This document shows, piece after piece, positions 37,653 to 50,607 of a DNA stretch of 64,000 nt. The stretch comes from Carcharhinus amblyrhynchos. Its lineage: Eukaryota. Location of the stretch: positions 48,236,001 to 48,300,000 of the forward strand of contig OZ336882.1 in the NCBI GenBank assembly GCA_965287045.1, read 5' to 3'. The translations under genes were made by a program, and so were the position numbers. Below the pieces are notes generated by a model. That model was not told the origin of the DNA, did no database searches, and saw nothing but the letters and a program-made list of their open reading frames with translations. Numbering within the stretch: the first letter of the stretch is position 1; each line of letters opens with the position of its first letter.

Positions 37653-40600
37653 TGTCACAAGAGCAAGGAGGTTATACTGAACTTATATACGATGCTAGTT
37701 TGTCCTCAGCTGGAGTATTATATATAGTGCCACACTACAGGAAGGATATGAATGCATCAGAATGTGCAGAAGAGATTTACTGGAATAATTCCAGGGATGA
37801 GAAATTTCAGTTGAGAATAGGTTGGAGAGGTTGTGACTGTTCTCCTTGGAGAGAAGGTAAGAGGAAATTTGACAGGTGTTCAAAATCATGAGGGGGCTGG
37901 ACAGAGTAGATACAGACAGACTATTCTGACTTGTAAAAAGGATCTAGAACAAGAGGGAACAGATTTAGAGTGATTTTCAAAAGAAGCAAATGTAATACGA
38001 GAAAAATAAATCTTTTCACTCAGCAACTGGTTCAGTACTAATTTCTAGCTATGTAGCAGTTTTTGAAGGACTCAGCTATTAGAACATTTCTGGAATGTAT
38101 TGACATAATTGTTTTGTATTAGTGTGCGCTGCTGTTAGGAAAATTCTGAATGGATTTGGTACAAATTAGCATGTCTCAACATCAGGACAACTCTTTACCA
38201 TATTTATTTTTGAGAAGATTCATTCCTCATTGAATGAATTCAGTGATATTTGCTAAATAAATCTGATATTCAGTTGAAATCAAAAGTCATTGCAGTGTTT
38301 CCTTCTCTGAATCTGTTCTTTATTAAAAACTTATTTTCCAATCAATATTTTAAAAAGGTGCAATTTTCTTCCCTCCACACTAAAATATTTTGATTCCGAG
38401 CTGGGATACAGTACCTGGCAAATGTATAATGGCCATCTGGGTTAGAAGTAGGTTATCTTTATGTGCATGATGATTCTTATCCCCTTGATATGATTTCACA
38501 TCCCCAAAATAAATTAAAAGTGAGGACTGATATTGATTTGGGATCAGCACAAACCTGGGTGTCAGTAGCAGATAGCATTGCCCTCATTTATGATGTCACC
38601 AGTTAAATATCCATAGATACTTACAGGCAAGGCTTGTATGGCTACATTTGCCAGGTATTGTATCCCCGCAAAGAATCAATTGAATGCGGGGAAAAAAATT
38701 GCAATAAAAAATGGAAAATTAGTTTTGAACGAAGAATGAGTTGAGAAGGAAACAGTGCTGTGACCTTTGATTTCAGCTGAATGTCAGAAGTTCAATAAGC
38801 CATTTTGCAAATATCATTAAATTCATGCAACAAGGAATGAATCCTTTCAGAAATAAAATTTACATACAATTACATTGTTCCTTTTCAATTCGTGGATGCA
38901 AGAAAATGACGCTACCGCATTGAAAAATATAAACAAGACTTGACTTAGAAGTATGGTTAAAGAAAATTAGAGAAATCACCACCTTTGGAGATAATCTTAA
39001 CAATTAGCAGCATTTTAAAATCCATACAGAAATGCTCCAAACCAAAAAAATCCTTGCAGGTAATTCAAATGTGTTTTCTTCATCTTCTGTGCTTGTCAGC
39101 CATATATTGAATGCAGTTGCTTTTAATCAGTTAGTCACATAATAATAAAGGACACTTTGAAATTTTACATTACATCACCACAGCACCATAGTACACATCC
39201 TCCCACATAGATAGATTATTTCAGTCAAAATGATTGTGATTAGAAAGAGAACCAAACCTAGCAGATGCTAAACAAAATTAAGTAAACATCACATCCACTC
39301 TAAAATAAATAGCAAAAGTTCATTCATTCCTTTTAATGAATTTTCTGTTCACCAAGAGGAACATTGGTTTTGGTTACTTAAGCACTGTTAGTATCAGGTT
39401 AGATGTTGCATAGTAAAGCTGCTTTTTACTCTGGATTAAGAAGAACATTTTTAGAAGTTCCAATATCAACTATCCAATTTGATTTAAATGGTTTGCAGGT
39501 CCACGATCATTAGAAATTTGTGCAGACTCATTTATCACAGGATTCCTTGTAGCCAACTGAGGAGACTTTAATTCTGTCAACATAAGGTTGGTTTTGAATC
39601 TAAGTTCCACACCTGATAGACAAACTTTTGTACCAATCTTTCCCCATCCTTTGGTTTTAAATCTGTTTTTGAACATTCTGGGATAGCTAATGGAGATTGG
39701 ATGGTGACTTAAAAGATATGCAATTCAAGTTGGTTAAATAATATTTGAATTGTTTAAGTATCAGTCAATATTGCAAACTATGGTAAATGAATATACAAGG
39801 AAACAAATACACTCCAATGGATGTAGAATGGCAAGGGTAGAGGGGGAGGCACAGTGGAGGAAATGAAGAAAGGGATATACATGACATTAGAATCAAGGAA
39901 ATGTTGAGATGTGGATCGTCAGGAGGTTAGAGAGATGAAGTGACCCAAGGCCATGGGAGGATATAAACACAATTATGGCAATTACTAATTTGAGGCTCTG
40001 GGAGCTGGAAGCCAATGTGGATCAGCATAGACCGGTATAGTGATACTGTGGGATAGGACAGGTGCCACAAAGTTTTTTTTTATGAACTAAAAGTTTTGGG
40101 GAACGGGTGATAAGAGGAATCAAAGTCTCCTCAGACAGCAATGGAATCAATGAATTTGGAGATGACACAGTCATGGAAGGGGGTTTCAGTGACAAATGAG
40201 CGGAGGCAATTTCAAGCAATGTTTAGAGCATTTCTGCAATGATATCTTTACACTCCACTGAATCCAGGATGAAAAGATGGAATTTCTGTGCTATTTGTTA
40301 CACTACTCAAGCACCAATGTTGTATAATATTAAAACTGCTGACAGTAAATGAGATTGAGCTTTCTTAAAAGGTTCTGACATCTTTGACATTCCTTTGCCT
40401 CAGAAAATTTAAGTTGAAATCATCAAATTAAGCAGCTCTTTTTCTAATTTGAAAGAATCATAACCTCAAAAAGGCATATGGTCAACATTTTCTTCAATAT
40501 TGTCTTAATAAAAAACAAAACCAGGCAGTGTGCAAAACAGGCAGCTTATTGGCTATCACTTGATATTAATTTCAACCCCATTGGATTTGCCTTCTTGACA

Positions 40601-41016
40601 ACCCAGAAAGGTATAATTTGTTGGACACTTACTCTTTAACATTTTCAGAGTAACACTGGTTTTCAGAAAAATACTAAATCCAGTGACTATCATGTTTGCT
40701 CCACATAAAACATTCTGCATTCTAGTACTCAAGCAAATGGATAGCTGCTGTAGATTCAACATAGAAGGACAACGTAGCAGAGCAAATTGGTTACTTAATA
40801 GCACTGAATTCACTTCCAAGCACAAACAAGTTTTGACATAGACAATTGTAGTAATTTAATTTCATGGAAAATAAATAGTGTACGCTGTGTTAAAGTTGTC
40901 TTCGACGACGACATATCCTTCTTTGTAAAAAGACCTATTGTTCTTTGAGCCAAGTTATAGTTAGGCAATTATTAGAATATCCAAAATACAAAAACTACCT
41001 CTTCTTGAAGTTTGAC

Positions 41017-41866
41017 TTTATTTAGGTTTTATTTTCCAGTTTCATCAAAATAATAACACTTTCATTGATTGAAACACTTGCAAGACAAGATACCAATACT
41101 TTCCTATTAAAACTGTAGTGTCCCTATATTCATGATCTAATTTTAAAAGTCCTAAAGGCATTAGATATCTAGGAATGCAAATTATTTTTAAGAATGTGCT
41201 TATTGAGCAACACTGTAGTTTTATTGCACAATTGTCATTGAGATTATAAATTTTAAAATTATCACTATCATTATTTCAAGTATTTAAATACCTAGATATG
41301 CTGTCCTTCATTCACAACCTGGAGGTTAAACATTATTCAATTGCCAAGTCCACAAGACATACAACTTATCTAATGGAGAATTATCTTCTGATGCTTTCAT
41401 TCACTATCTTGGTATATAATTTGAATTGAAACACTCTAATACAATTATGTTTACATGATACTTAACACAGTCACAAAATTTATTTTCTGTTCTATTCTAA
41501 TTGGCAAGTAGTTGTAAACACAGTAGGAAAAAATATTAATAAGGTGGAATGTAGTAAACACACATTTGATTCATAGTGACGTTTTGTGCTGCATCAGTAA
41601 ACTGACAAGGTTCACATTGGTAATGATACAAGTTATTTTAGAAACATACTACATAAATGCAGACAGCACAAACTGTTGTCTTTTTTACAGGAACATATGA
41701 AACTAATATCAATTAGAATTAATTTAGATTAGTATTTTTAAGTCATTAAATAAGCTTTTTGAAAAAGGTACAAATGGGTTAAGACAAAGAAAAACAGTTC
41801 TTAAATTTTGGCACACTGAACTCACTACAAATTGGATTGCTTGGTATTTATCTTCAGTTTGTGCTT
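41017..41866 (-). other. SFXN1: SFXN1 3'UTR (end uncertain)
   Basis: Follows the TGA stop; minus-strand AATAAA at 41479-41484, 41220-41225, 41028-41033 and 41017-41022. Confidence 0.55.
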
Positions 41867-41963
41867 TCACAATCCTTTGTTGAAGTAAACATATTCCACT
41901 CCAGGACTGATCTCTTGAACTTTGGCCTGAATATCATGCTCAAGATGGCTCACAGACATTGAG
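41867..41963 (-). CDS. SFXN1: Sideroflexin-1 last coding exon
   Basis: tttcttgtag| (S)SMSVSHLEHDIQAKVQEISPGVEYVYFNKGL* ; VYFNKGL is the sideroflexin C-terminus; 97 nt, phase consistent. Confidence 0.95.
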
Positions 41964-42239
41964 CTACAAGAAATTAAACAAAAGGCATCTCAAGACAGTT
42001 CAGGCATACAATATCTCACATGAAGTGGCCAAATGTAGATGGAAATAGAACTACGTAATTTTTATTCAAGCTTATACAATGATTCTACACTATGATTTGG
42101 TTTAATGTTACATCCTAAATAAAAGCTAAGTCATTGTGGTGCATTCTGTAGACCGACATGCTACTGCTACAATGCAGCTGTAATGACAGAGGTGAATATT
42201 CATTTACTGGCAGGGACACAAAAATCAAACAAATGGCTC

Positions 42240-42930
42240 TGTCCTACAGAGAATGCTTAATATTATGGCTGCATCTATCTGGGAGAATGGTGACTATTCC
42301 ATTACAAACGGTAGAGACTTGAGGGCCAGCCAAGTGGTGTCTCAGGCATTGGTGATAGGCCACAAGCTGTTCAATTGTACACATGCATTGGAACAGAGGT
42401 TAAGATATCCAGTTTTACAGATAGTAATCATCTTGGAGTAGGGTTAAAATTTCACAGCAAAGCAAGTGGGTGGAACAATGACAAATGCAGTTTAATATTT
42501 CAAGTGGTTTGCTTTGGATAAAAGAATAGGAAAAGGGGATATAATCTAAGTAGGTAATCAATAGGTAGATGGATAAAGGAATTATTCCTCCTCCATTCGG
42601 GAGTATCTTGAAAGTGCAAAAGGCAATCAAAAAGCTTGAGGATGCTTCAGTGGAAGGGATATAAAAAAAAGTGCTACTAAAACACTTAGCAGGCCTCACT
42701 GTTTTCAGTTTTGGGCAGCCCACCTAAAACTGACCTTGGATTAACCAAGTGATTTTTGGAATGAAGGAACTGAACTGTAATGATGGAGTAGATAACTTGG
42801 AACAAACTCTCTGGAGATGAGTGGTTAAGAATAATCTAATAGAAATGCATAAAATAATGAAGTTACAGGACAAAGTAGGAAATGATTTCTCCCCCCTATA
42901 GGTAAGCCGGAACAAAGGAGCAACATCTTA
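42240..42930 (+). mobile_element. Highly decayed CR1-type fragments
   Basis: gtggaacaatgacaaatgcagtttaat and gcctcactgttttcagttttggg resemble CR1 RT segments. Confidence 0.45.
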
Positions 42931-43686
42931 AATTACAAAGAAATCTAGCATTTGTATAACATCTTTCCACAACCTCTGGCTGTCCCAAACATCTTTCCAG
43001 CCAATTAAGCATCACTATTAGAATGTAGGAATAGGAGCCAGTTTCTTTCACTGGTAAAACCAGCATTTGTTGCCCAATCCTAAATACTCAAAGGGCCATT
43101 TAAAGGGCAGTTGCAAGTCAACCACACTTCTGATTGTCTGGAGTCATGTGTAGACAAGAACAAGGATGGATGGCAGACCTCCTTCCCTAAAGGACATTAC
43201 TGAGCCAGATGAGTTTTCACAATTGGCAATAGATGTCACTGTCATCACTACTGAGACTAGCTTCATATTCTAGATTTATTAATTGAATTTAAATTCCACC
43301 AGCTGTGGTGGCAGGATTTGAACCTATATCCCCAGCCTCTCCAAAGTTTGAACAAAAGTGAATGCTGAAATTTTTTTTCATACAAGGAACTGTGTTTAGA
43401 ACGCATTGCGCCTATAAGGCTGCTGATGAAAAAAAAACAAGTGCCTCTAAAGGATACGTGCATTTGGAAAGCAATTGATGAGGAAAAACTACCTATTAAG
43501 ATGAAAAAGATAGCAGTATCATTGCCAACAAAATGGCATTGCAAATAAGCTATGCCAAGTCAGAAGTCAAAAGTGGATTGGCCCTATTACGTTTGGCAAA
43601 TTCCCATTAGTAAAAATTCCAAAAGTGTGTTTTTATGGTATTAGCCTACAAATAACCAAATTCACTGAATTCAATTTCTTAAATTT

Positions 43687-43792
43687 AGTCTCAACACCAG
43701 GATAAATTCCAACAGGTTTATCCGGTTGGATTTTAACCGGGTGTTGAGACTACTTACTGTGCATACCCCAGTCCAACGCCGGCAACTCCACA
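43687..43792. mobile_element. Minimal Penelope-derived fold-back element
   Basis: 30-bp arms (26/30 complementary), 5-nt loop, tail ccccagtccaacgccggcaactccacatc, TSD TCTTAAATTT (43677-43686, 43793-43802). Confidence 0.85.
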
Positions 43793-44477
43793 TCTTAAAT
43801 TTCCATGGTGTATCCTGGATTGCCAATCTGTATGATAACCACTACACTACCATAACTCAGTCAAATATTTGAAATACCAGAAGCTTGCTACACCTACGAA
43901 AATAAAGATTGATGTGGTCAATCTTTCCCTATAAATTTACTGACTTGTTCATCATAGCATTTAAGATTGCACACCATTTATCTGTCCACTGATCAATTTG
44001 TTCCATACTTGTCAGCTGTGATTTAGTCATCTTATTGGGATGGATAATTATTCTGCAAAGCCAAATAGATCGTCACAGGCATTTTTGATGACACCCACCA
44101 GACTGTTGAAAAAGATAAAACAGGGTGGCATTCGAAAGGGATTCTAGTGTAGCTTGTGATGAGACAAAAAATCATTAATGACCTGACCTTTTGAAGTTTC
44201 TGACAGTCACATTTTCAGTTCAACAGTTCACCAGGTATGCTGGAAAATGAAACTGATGTCTCAATGTCACAGGAAAGAAAAGCTGTTATTTAAAATATGG
44301 ATAATCATCTATTACAGTGAATAGTGAATGCTCAGAACTTAAAGGGATGCAAGCCTGGCACCAAAATTATACATAGACTTGGAACTGGACTGAACTTCTA
44401 GATGAAATGGATTATTTTCTGCTTTTTAAAACTTAATATGGAAAACCAACGGACATATGTTTGAACTGTTTTCTTAC

Positions 44478-44525
44478 CTTTTCTGTGGAAACAATGCACA
44501 ACAAAGTGGTGTGGCAAATACCAAG
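44478..44525 (-). CDS. SFXN1: Sideroflexin-1 coding exon
   Basis: tttcag| (C)LVFATPLCCALFPQK(S) |gtaaga; 48 nt. Confidence 0.97.
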
Positions 44526-45505
44526 CTGAAATGAGGAAGATTACCAACAATTAAAATGGACAGAGTACAACCATTTTTCCACGTTTATTTCCCTGCCAAT
44601 GGATTTGAAATATCCCATACTTAGAAAGTCATCAGGGCATGATAAAAGTTCCGTTAGTATTTTTCACAATACTTGTTCTGAATATTATAGCTACTTTTTT
44701 AAAAAAAGTAAATGCGTAATTTATTCAAAAATGTAAACAACATGATAAGCAAAACCTGAAATCAAGTAGCTAGCAGATTCAGCTCAATTCACTTCAGACC
44801 CAGGTAAACAGACACACTATTTTAGCTGATCATATGAGTAAATTTTCCAATTTTATGGAAATGTCACAAACGGATTTCTTCTCAATTTGACAGTTGTATG
44901 TGGCTGGGTGCAGTCAGGCAGAAACAAAGAGCCAATCACTTTGAATTGCTTCATTCACAAATTACATGCCTTATATCTATGTACCTAACGATGGATACTT
45001 CTCTCTCTGAGGAGAAGTTGTTACGTTAAAAGTGACAAAGAATTTCAGTGACATCCTAATATTGTGTAAATTTAACATTTGAGGACTTAAATTACAAAGC
45101 AAAACAGGACATGTTTTTACAAAGTAGATACAGCATACAAACAATTAACTGAATAAGGTTATCTTAAAAAAAATCTAATCCTAAAACAAAACTTTTTTTT
45201 TCCAAAGCAAAGGTTTGCTTTATAGCGTGTAGTGAGATGCAAATTGACAAAATGTTCTTCACTGCATCCATTTCATCAAACAATAACTATGACATACTTA
45301 TGACATTCTTGCTGAGGGTATTATTTTCGGGTACAAAATGGCATCTTGAAGACTCCGTCAAGTCTGTGCAGTTTGACAATAAGAGGACTCACTCTTGGTG
45401 AATGTAATAACATTACTAAATGCCCATTTTAAAATAAAGAGTCTTTTTCCAAATCATTTCTTCAATTATCTTTTCCACTACTAGACAAAAAAAACTTCTA
45501 CTCAC

Positions 45506-45555
45506 CAGACTCCCACCAAACCCACTTGAATTGGTGCACTCATCCAAGGAAACCT
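45506..45555 (-). CDS. SFXN1: Sideroflexin-1 coding exon
   Basis: ttgtag| RFPWMSAPIQVGLVGV(C) |gtgagt; 50 nt. Confidence 0.97.
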
Positions 45556-45979
45556 CTACAAGAGTGCAAATATCAATTCAATTTTGTAAATTTAGACAGA
45601 AATATCAGTGCTGTTACAGTATTTCATGAACTCCAAGGCACCAACAAGCTAGCCATTATTTTGTATTGGAGACACAGATCCATGTGAAGGAAGCATCAAC
45701 TTATTAATGACTTTTGTAAGGACTGGATAAATGTAATTGCAAACATAGCCACTGCAGTCAACGTGAGCAGCTTGATTCTGAAAGCTTAATTAATCCTCTT
45801 TTTGCTAATGTTGTTCCCTTTTCAACACACTTTCTTCTTGAAATGGATTTGATTGGTGCTCACATCCTCCAATACCTGCACTGAAGGTGTCAAACATGAA
45901 CCCCAATACAGAGTGCCATTCAATATATCATTTATGTATTAAATGAGACATCTCTGATGCGATTTTACAGAATAAAATC

Positions 45980-46440
45980 AGATATAACATATCTTGGAGG
46001 ATTGTGGGGCTGGAGAGGTTACAGAGATAGCTGTGGTAGAATTTAACCTCATGGAGGGATTTGAAAATAAGGATGAGAATTTTAAATTCAAGACGCTGCT
46101 TAACTGAGAGCCAACCAATGTAGGTGGATGATGAGTGAACAGGGCTTTGAGCAAGTTGGGACATGGGAAATAAACTTGAGGTCATCCAAAGTTCTGTGTT
46201 AAGTAGAATAAGGGAGACCAGCCAGAACAGCACTGAAATAATGAAGCCGAATACCTAGAGGTAACAAAGGCATGGATAAATGTTTCAGGTGCAGGCAAAC
46301 TGAGGTAGAGGGAGGAGGAGTTGGGCATTGTTAGGGGAAGTAGAAATAGGCGATCTTTGTGATGGTGTGGATCAGGATCAAATTTGACACCAAGATTGTG
46401 AACAGTATGGTTCACCTTCAGACAATTTCCATTACAAGGG
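45980..46440 (-). mobile_element. L2-like LINE RT fragment
   Basis: VHNLGVKFDP, ETFIHAFVTSR, WLSVKQRLEFKILILIFKSLH. Confidence 0.75.
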
Positions 46441-46676
46441 GTGCTGTTAACGGCAAACATTTCAGGAACTTTGAAGAGCAAGAATCAAAACTATATCCAT
46501 TCAGTCCCCAACAATGAATAACCATGCTCAAACATTCATCACCGTCAAGCTGTTCCCACAACAATTTTTTTTTAATCCTCTCTTTGCCTTAGATAGTGTA
46601 GTAGACCCAAGAGTCTTAAAATACTTTGGTTCTGATTTTAACTTAGTATATGCCAATGGGTTTTGTCCTCTGTATC

Positions 46677-48989
46677 CGTTGTGATAGCCACGAAGGATCA
46701 TTAATAAATCTCCCTATGGTCTTTGTGCAATAAAGCTGCCTTATTGAGCATTTGGAGGCTCACCCAAAGGAAAACAGGGATTTTAAAATCTTTTACTCTT
46801 TCTGGACTGTGTTTCTACCTGACTCTAAGCCATAGGCGCATCCCTTTCCTCTGGTGCATAATAAAGGATGTTGGAGAGGGAAAAATTATGTTTGACCAAA
46901 TTGGCAATGAGGAGAATTTATTTTTTCCTCTATCAATGCCTCCAGGATCCTTTCGGACGCGAAGTGAAGGTATTCTCAAATTGAGAAGGGTTGGTGGTTG
47001 TATTTGGTGTGAAGTAGTTCCATCAATGCATCTATGATTTTTACTGTTACTGGCCATAAACCCTTATTGGGCCTCTTCAGAGGACAAAGCAATTCTCCCA
47101 ACACCTCTGCTTGGATACAATGCTGGGCCTTGATAATGGTGGCTTATAAATATCTTCTGGAACATTGCCCTGGAACCTAGGTAACTAATATCGATGCACT
47201 GAGTCACCTCTCATTGCCCGCAAGCCTGGATCCTTTACTAGCATTGGGAGAGGTTGTGACGACTCTGAACTTTTGAGGTCTTGCCAAAGTCAGCAAGGCA
47301 GGTTGAAGCCCAGATCCAATAAGATCCAGTCGTATCCAAAATAAGGCACGTTATCCCATGCAGTGGATTCAATTAACAGCATTGATCCTATATGGTGGAT
47401 TCTGTTATAGGAAACCAGTACACCCTGTATCCTATGTTTACTGTCACAATTTCTCAGAAGTTGTGGAGTCCTCTGAAGAAATGAAACCCTATCTCATTAA
47501 AGAACTTAGTATTGAGGACTGGTTCATTCTTTGGGGGTCTTGAGTAATTGTTCCAGCCCCAGGACAACGTCCAATATTAATAGAACCACACAATGGGGGT
47601 GCCAAAAGGATGCTGGCTAGGAGTTACGTCTGATGGCCATGTGGACTCTGTGGGCCCCTCTACGGGTTCCATGTTTTTATTTATGGTGGAGAAGTGGTTG
47701 GAAGTGTACCAAGCTACAATTGAGAAATTTTGACAAAGCTTCAAGATACATGGAATACCAGAAGTCCTAGTTTCCGATAAAAGCATGGCCTCTACTAGCA
47801 ATTTTTTTTCAGAACTTCGTGCTTTCCAGTGGTATCCGATACATCCGGATTGCACCCTTTATCCGTTGCCAAATGGACTGGCACAACTGGCAGTTCAACT
47901 TTCAAAAAAATGGTATGAACCACCACTGGCACCCAGAGACTAAAGTGGCACAATTTTTGTTCGATTACAGGACCACACTGCACACAACAACAGGCATTGC
48001 CCCAGTGTTAATGGGATGATGCTTTGTACCACATTAAGCCTGCTATTCCCAAACTTGGCAGGTAGGGTGGAGTCCCAACTGGAAAATCAAAGAAGGGCAA
48101 GAATAGAAAAAACTTTTGCAATGTGTCTCTGGATCATTATAGAGAAAACAGGACCCTGATCTTACAAGGTCAAACTTCAGAGTAAAGCAAGGTAAAGTCA
48201 CCATAGTCCCTTATGACCACAGGCTGCTCTCCCCTTTGATGGGGACATTTGACTGGTGGTGATTTAACCTAAGGATCACCTCACCTCAGCAGAGGGGTAA
48301 GGCGGGCCTTCATGAACAGCCTCACCTAGTACGGGAAGCCAGTACAGAGCAACAGTGTGGGTTCAAAGTTCAGGATGACACCTTAAAAAAGCACTTGGGC
48401 CAGGGAGTCGCTGCCTCAGCAGGCCACACTAATGGCCATGGGGATAAGCCACATGTTCTCAGCTTGATGCTGACTCTGCGTTAAACCCTGCAGATAGCGA
48501 CGGCATGGACTTCAATGGAGGCTGAAGAAGTAGGCCTCCAAGCTCAAGCAGAAGCTGAAGAGACACCCGCATCAGTAATCCTGCAATGCTCCCTCCAGAA
48601 GAGATGGTCCCCTGTTTGGTTTATATCACATGACCCAGACCTGTCTTCGCTGGAACTGTGACTGAACGCCAAGCGTCAGAAAGCTTCTCCTTGCGGTGGG
48701 AGTGCTGGGAGAGATGTGGACCTAAGGGATGAGGAATATTATGACGGCCATAAGGGATCATCAATAGATGTCCTGTGAGTTTTGTGGTGTATGAACTGCC
48801 TTACTGAGCAAGTAGCGATTCGCTCAATGAGAAACAGTCAGCGGGGTTTTAAACCTGTTACTTTACCCAAACTGCGGTTGTAGGTCCTGAGGTGAAGACA
48901 ACCTGATTGTAAACTGCAGGTATGGCCCTTTCCTTTTGTGCACAATAAAGGGTGGTAATGGGAAACTGGTGTTTGGCTGAATTACTACA
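46677..48989 (+). mobile_element. Decayed Gypsy-type LTR retrotransposon, internally deleted
   Basis: Related LTR starts at 46677 and 48737, purine tract aagggatgaggaa before the 3' LTR, LTR AATAAA and ACTACA end, integrase remnant FLFDYRTTLHTTTGIAP, near-TSD GTATC/GTATT. Confidence 0.75.
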
Positions 48990-49272
48990 GTATTTCAATT
49001 ATTTGACTGCTCCCATAATTGCTTTTACTTCACTTGTGCATTGTTTTTTGAACCTAAATTACAAACTAAAGCTGTGATGAAAAGGTATTCATGTACAGTA
49101 CTTGTTTTTATCTTAGTTCGTTACAACTTTTCATGCATTTTAAGATTAAACAGTCAGTAGTATAATGGATGAATAGCTTCATTTTATTTTAAACATAGGA
49201 AGCAAATGGAATATTGCTGGATAGTAAAACTATTAGAATGGTTCCACAAACTGAGTATAAAAAAAAACTTAC

Positions 49273-49322
49273 CTTTAAGAAGGCTTTCCTTTCCAAGGTA
49301 TTCATTATAAACGGAGGGATAG
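49273..49322 (-). CDS. SFXN1: Sideroflexin-1 coding exon
   Basis: tttttcag| (A)IPPFIMNTLERKAFLK |gtaagt; 50 nt. Confidence 0.97.
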
Positions 49323-49624
49323 CTGAAAAAAGGTCATTTAATAAAATATAATCACAACTAAAATAACAAAAAAAAGCAGATATCTTTGGTGACAATAAGA
49401 GATAAGCACACCTCTAATGTTTTGGATTCTAGTCCAATGTAACGACTATAAAAGTTTTAGGATTGACATATACAACAGATGTTGTATTCCATCAATAAGG
49501 GCATGCAAATTTTCTAGCATTCTAAGCCTTTGGTAAAAAGTTGGTGGAACCTATAAGAAATGCTCAAATTAACATTTCCATTTTCCACTTGCCACCTGGA
49601 AGCTTTGCCTGCATTAAAGTTTTA

Positions 49625-49927
49625 AAATTTAGTTTATTTATTCATGTCACTAGTAGGCTTACATTAACACTGCAATGAAGTTATTGTGAAAACCCCTTGT
49701 TGCCACACTCTGGCACCTACTCAGGTACACTGAGGGAAAATTTAGCATGGCCAATGCACCTAACCAGCATGTACTTCGGACTGTGGGAGGAAACTGGTGC
49801 ACCCAGAGAAAATCCACACAGACAAGTAAAACATTCAGACTTCGCACAGTGACCCAAGCAGGGAATTGAACCCAGGTTCCTGGCGCTGTGAGGCAGCAGC
49901 GCTAACCCCCACTGTGCCACCATGCTG
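49625..49927 (-). mobile_element. V-SINE (HE1-like), non-CR1 tail
   Basis: Antisense head and V-domain; tail agtttatttattcatgtcac. Confidence 0.9.
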
Positions 49928-50486
49928 TCCAATACTTGAAACTCAAGGCAAAGAATCATGTGATCACAGAAGACTTTGGTAAAATGGGAATTTTATTAAT
50001 ACTATTAAGATTGTCATAGAAATATACTAACACTTTGCAGTAAGAAACTAAATTAGCAAGTGTGCACAGAACCATTTGCTTCCTCACTTTGCGTCAACTT
50101 TCTCCAACAGCTCCTGAACAAATAAAAGATTCCGTTTAAAGTGAATCAGTTGTTGTCCTGACATTCTTAACTGAATCCAATTTTTATCTATTTTGTTATT
50201 TATCAAGCTAACTGGTCTCCTTGGTCTTTGTGCAGAGCCAGTGGCAAATAGGAAAATAGATAGGGTTCAAACTAAACATATGGCAGGTATTGGGAACAGC
50301 ATTCTTATCTGCACTTTTATTTGACAGCTCTCAAAAGCACAGATCTACATTTCTGTATATACAATTCATTAAGTTCCTCTGCTTCTCTGGGTCCCTAATT
50401 CCTGTATGGTCTTGCTGTAGAGGGCTGAGTTGTGAATGTCTCAAAGATCCTTGCCAACGGTGGTCCATATGACTTGCGAGTCAGCT

Positions 50487-50607
50487 GGGGTTCTTTTCCC
50501 GTCCTGCCCGCCATGGAATCATAGAAAGCAGGGGGTGGACCACACAAAGATCCACTGACTGTGCGTGGAATTTTCTGGTATTGGAGCAAGGCCAGAAAAT
50601 CCTGCCC
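50487..50607. mobile_element. Short MITE-like repeat
   Basis: Imperfect terminal inverted repeats ggggttcttttcc / gaaaatcctgccc. Confidence 0.4.

Larger units (their letters stand above)
35090..38030 (+). mobile_element. Decayed CR1 ORF2 hosting Penelope and SINE insertions
   Basis: ttagatctggttcttggaaat (LDLVLGN), aattatagaccagtcagtttaac (NYRPVSL), tttcaaacagcatttgatacagtgc. Confidence 0.8.
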
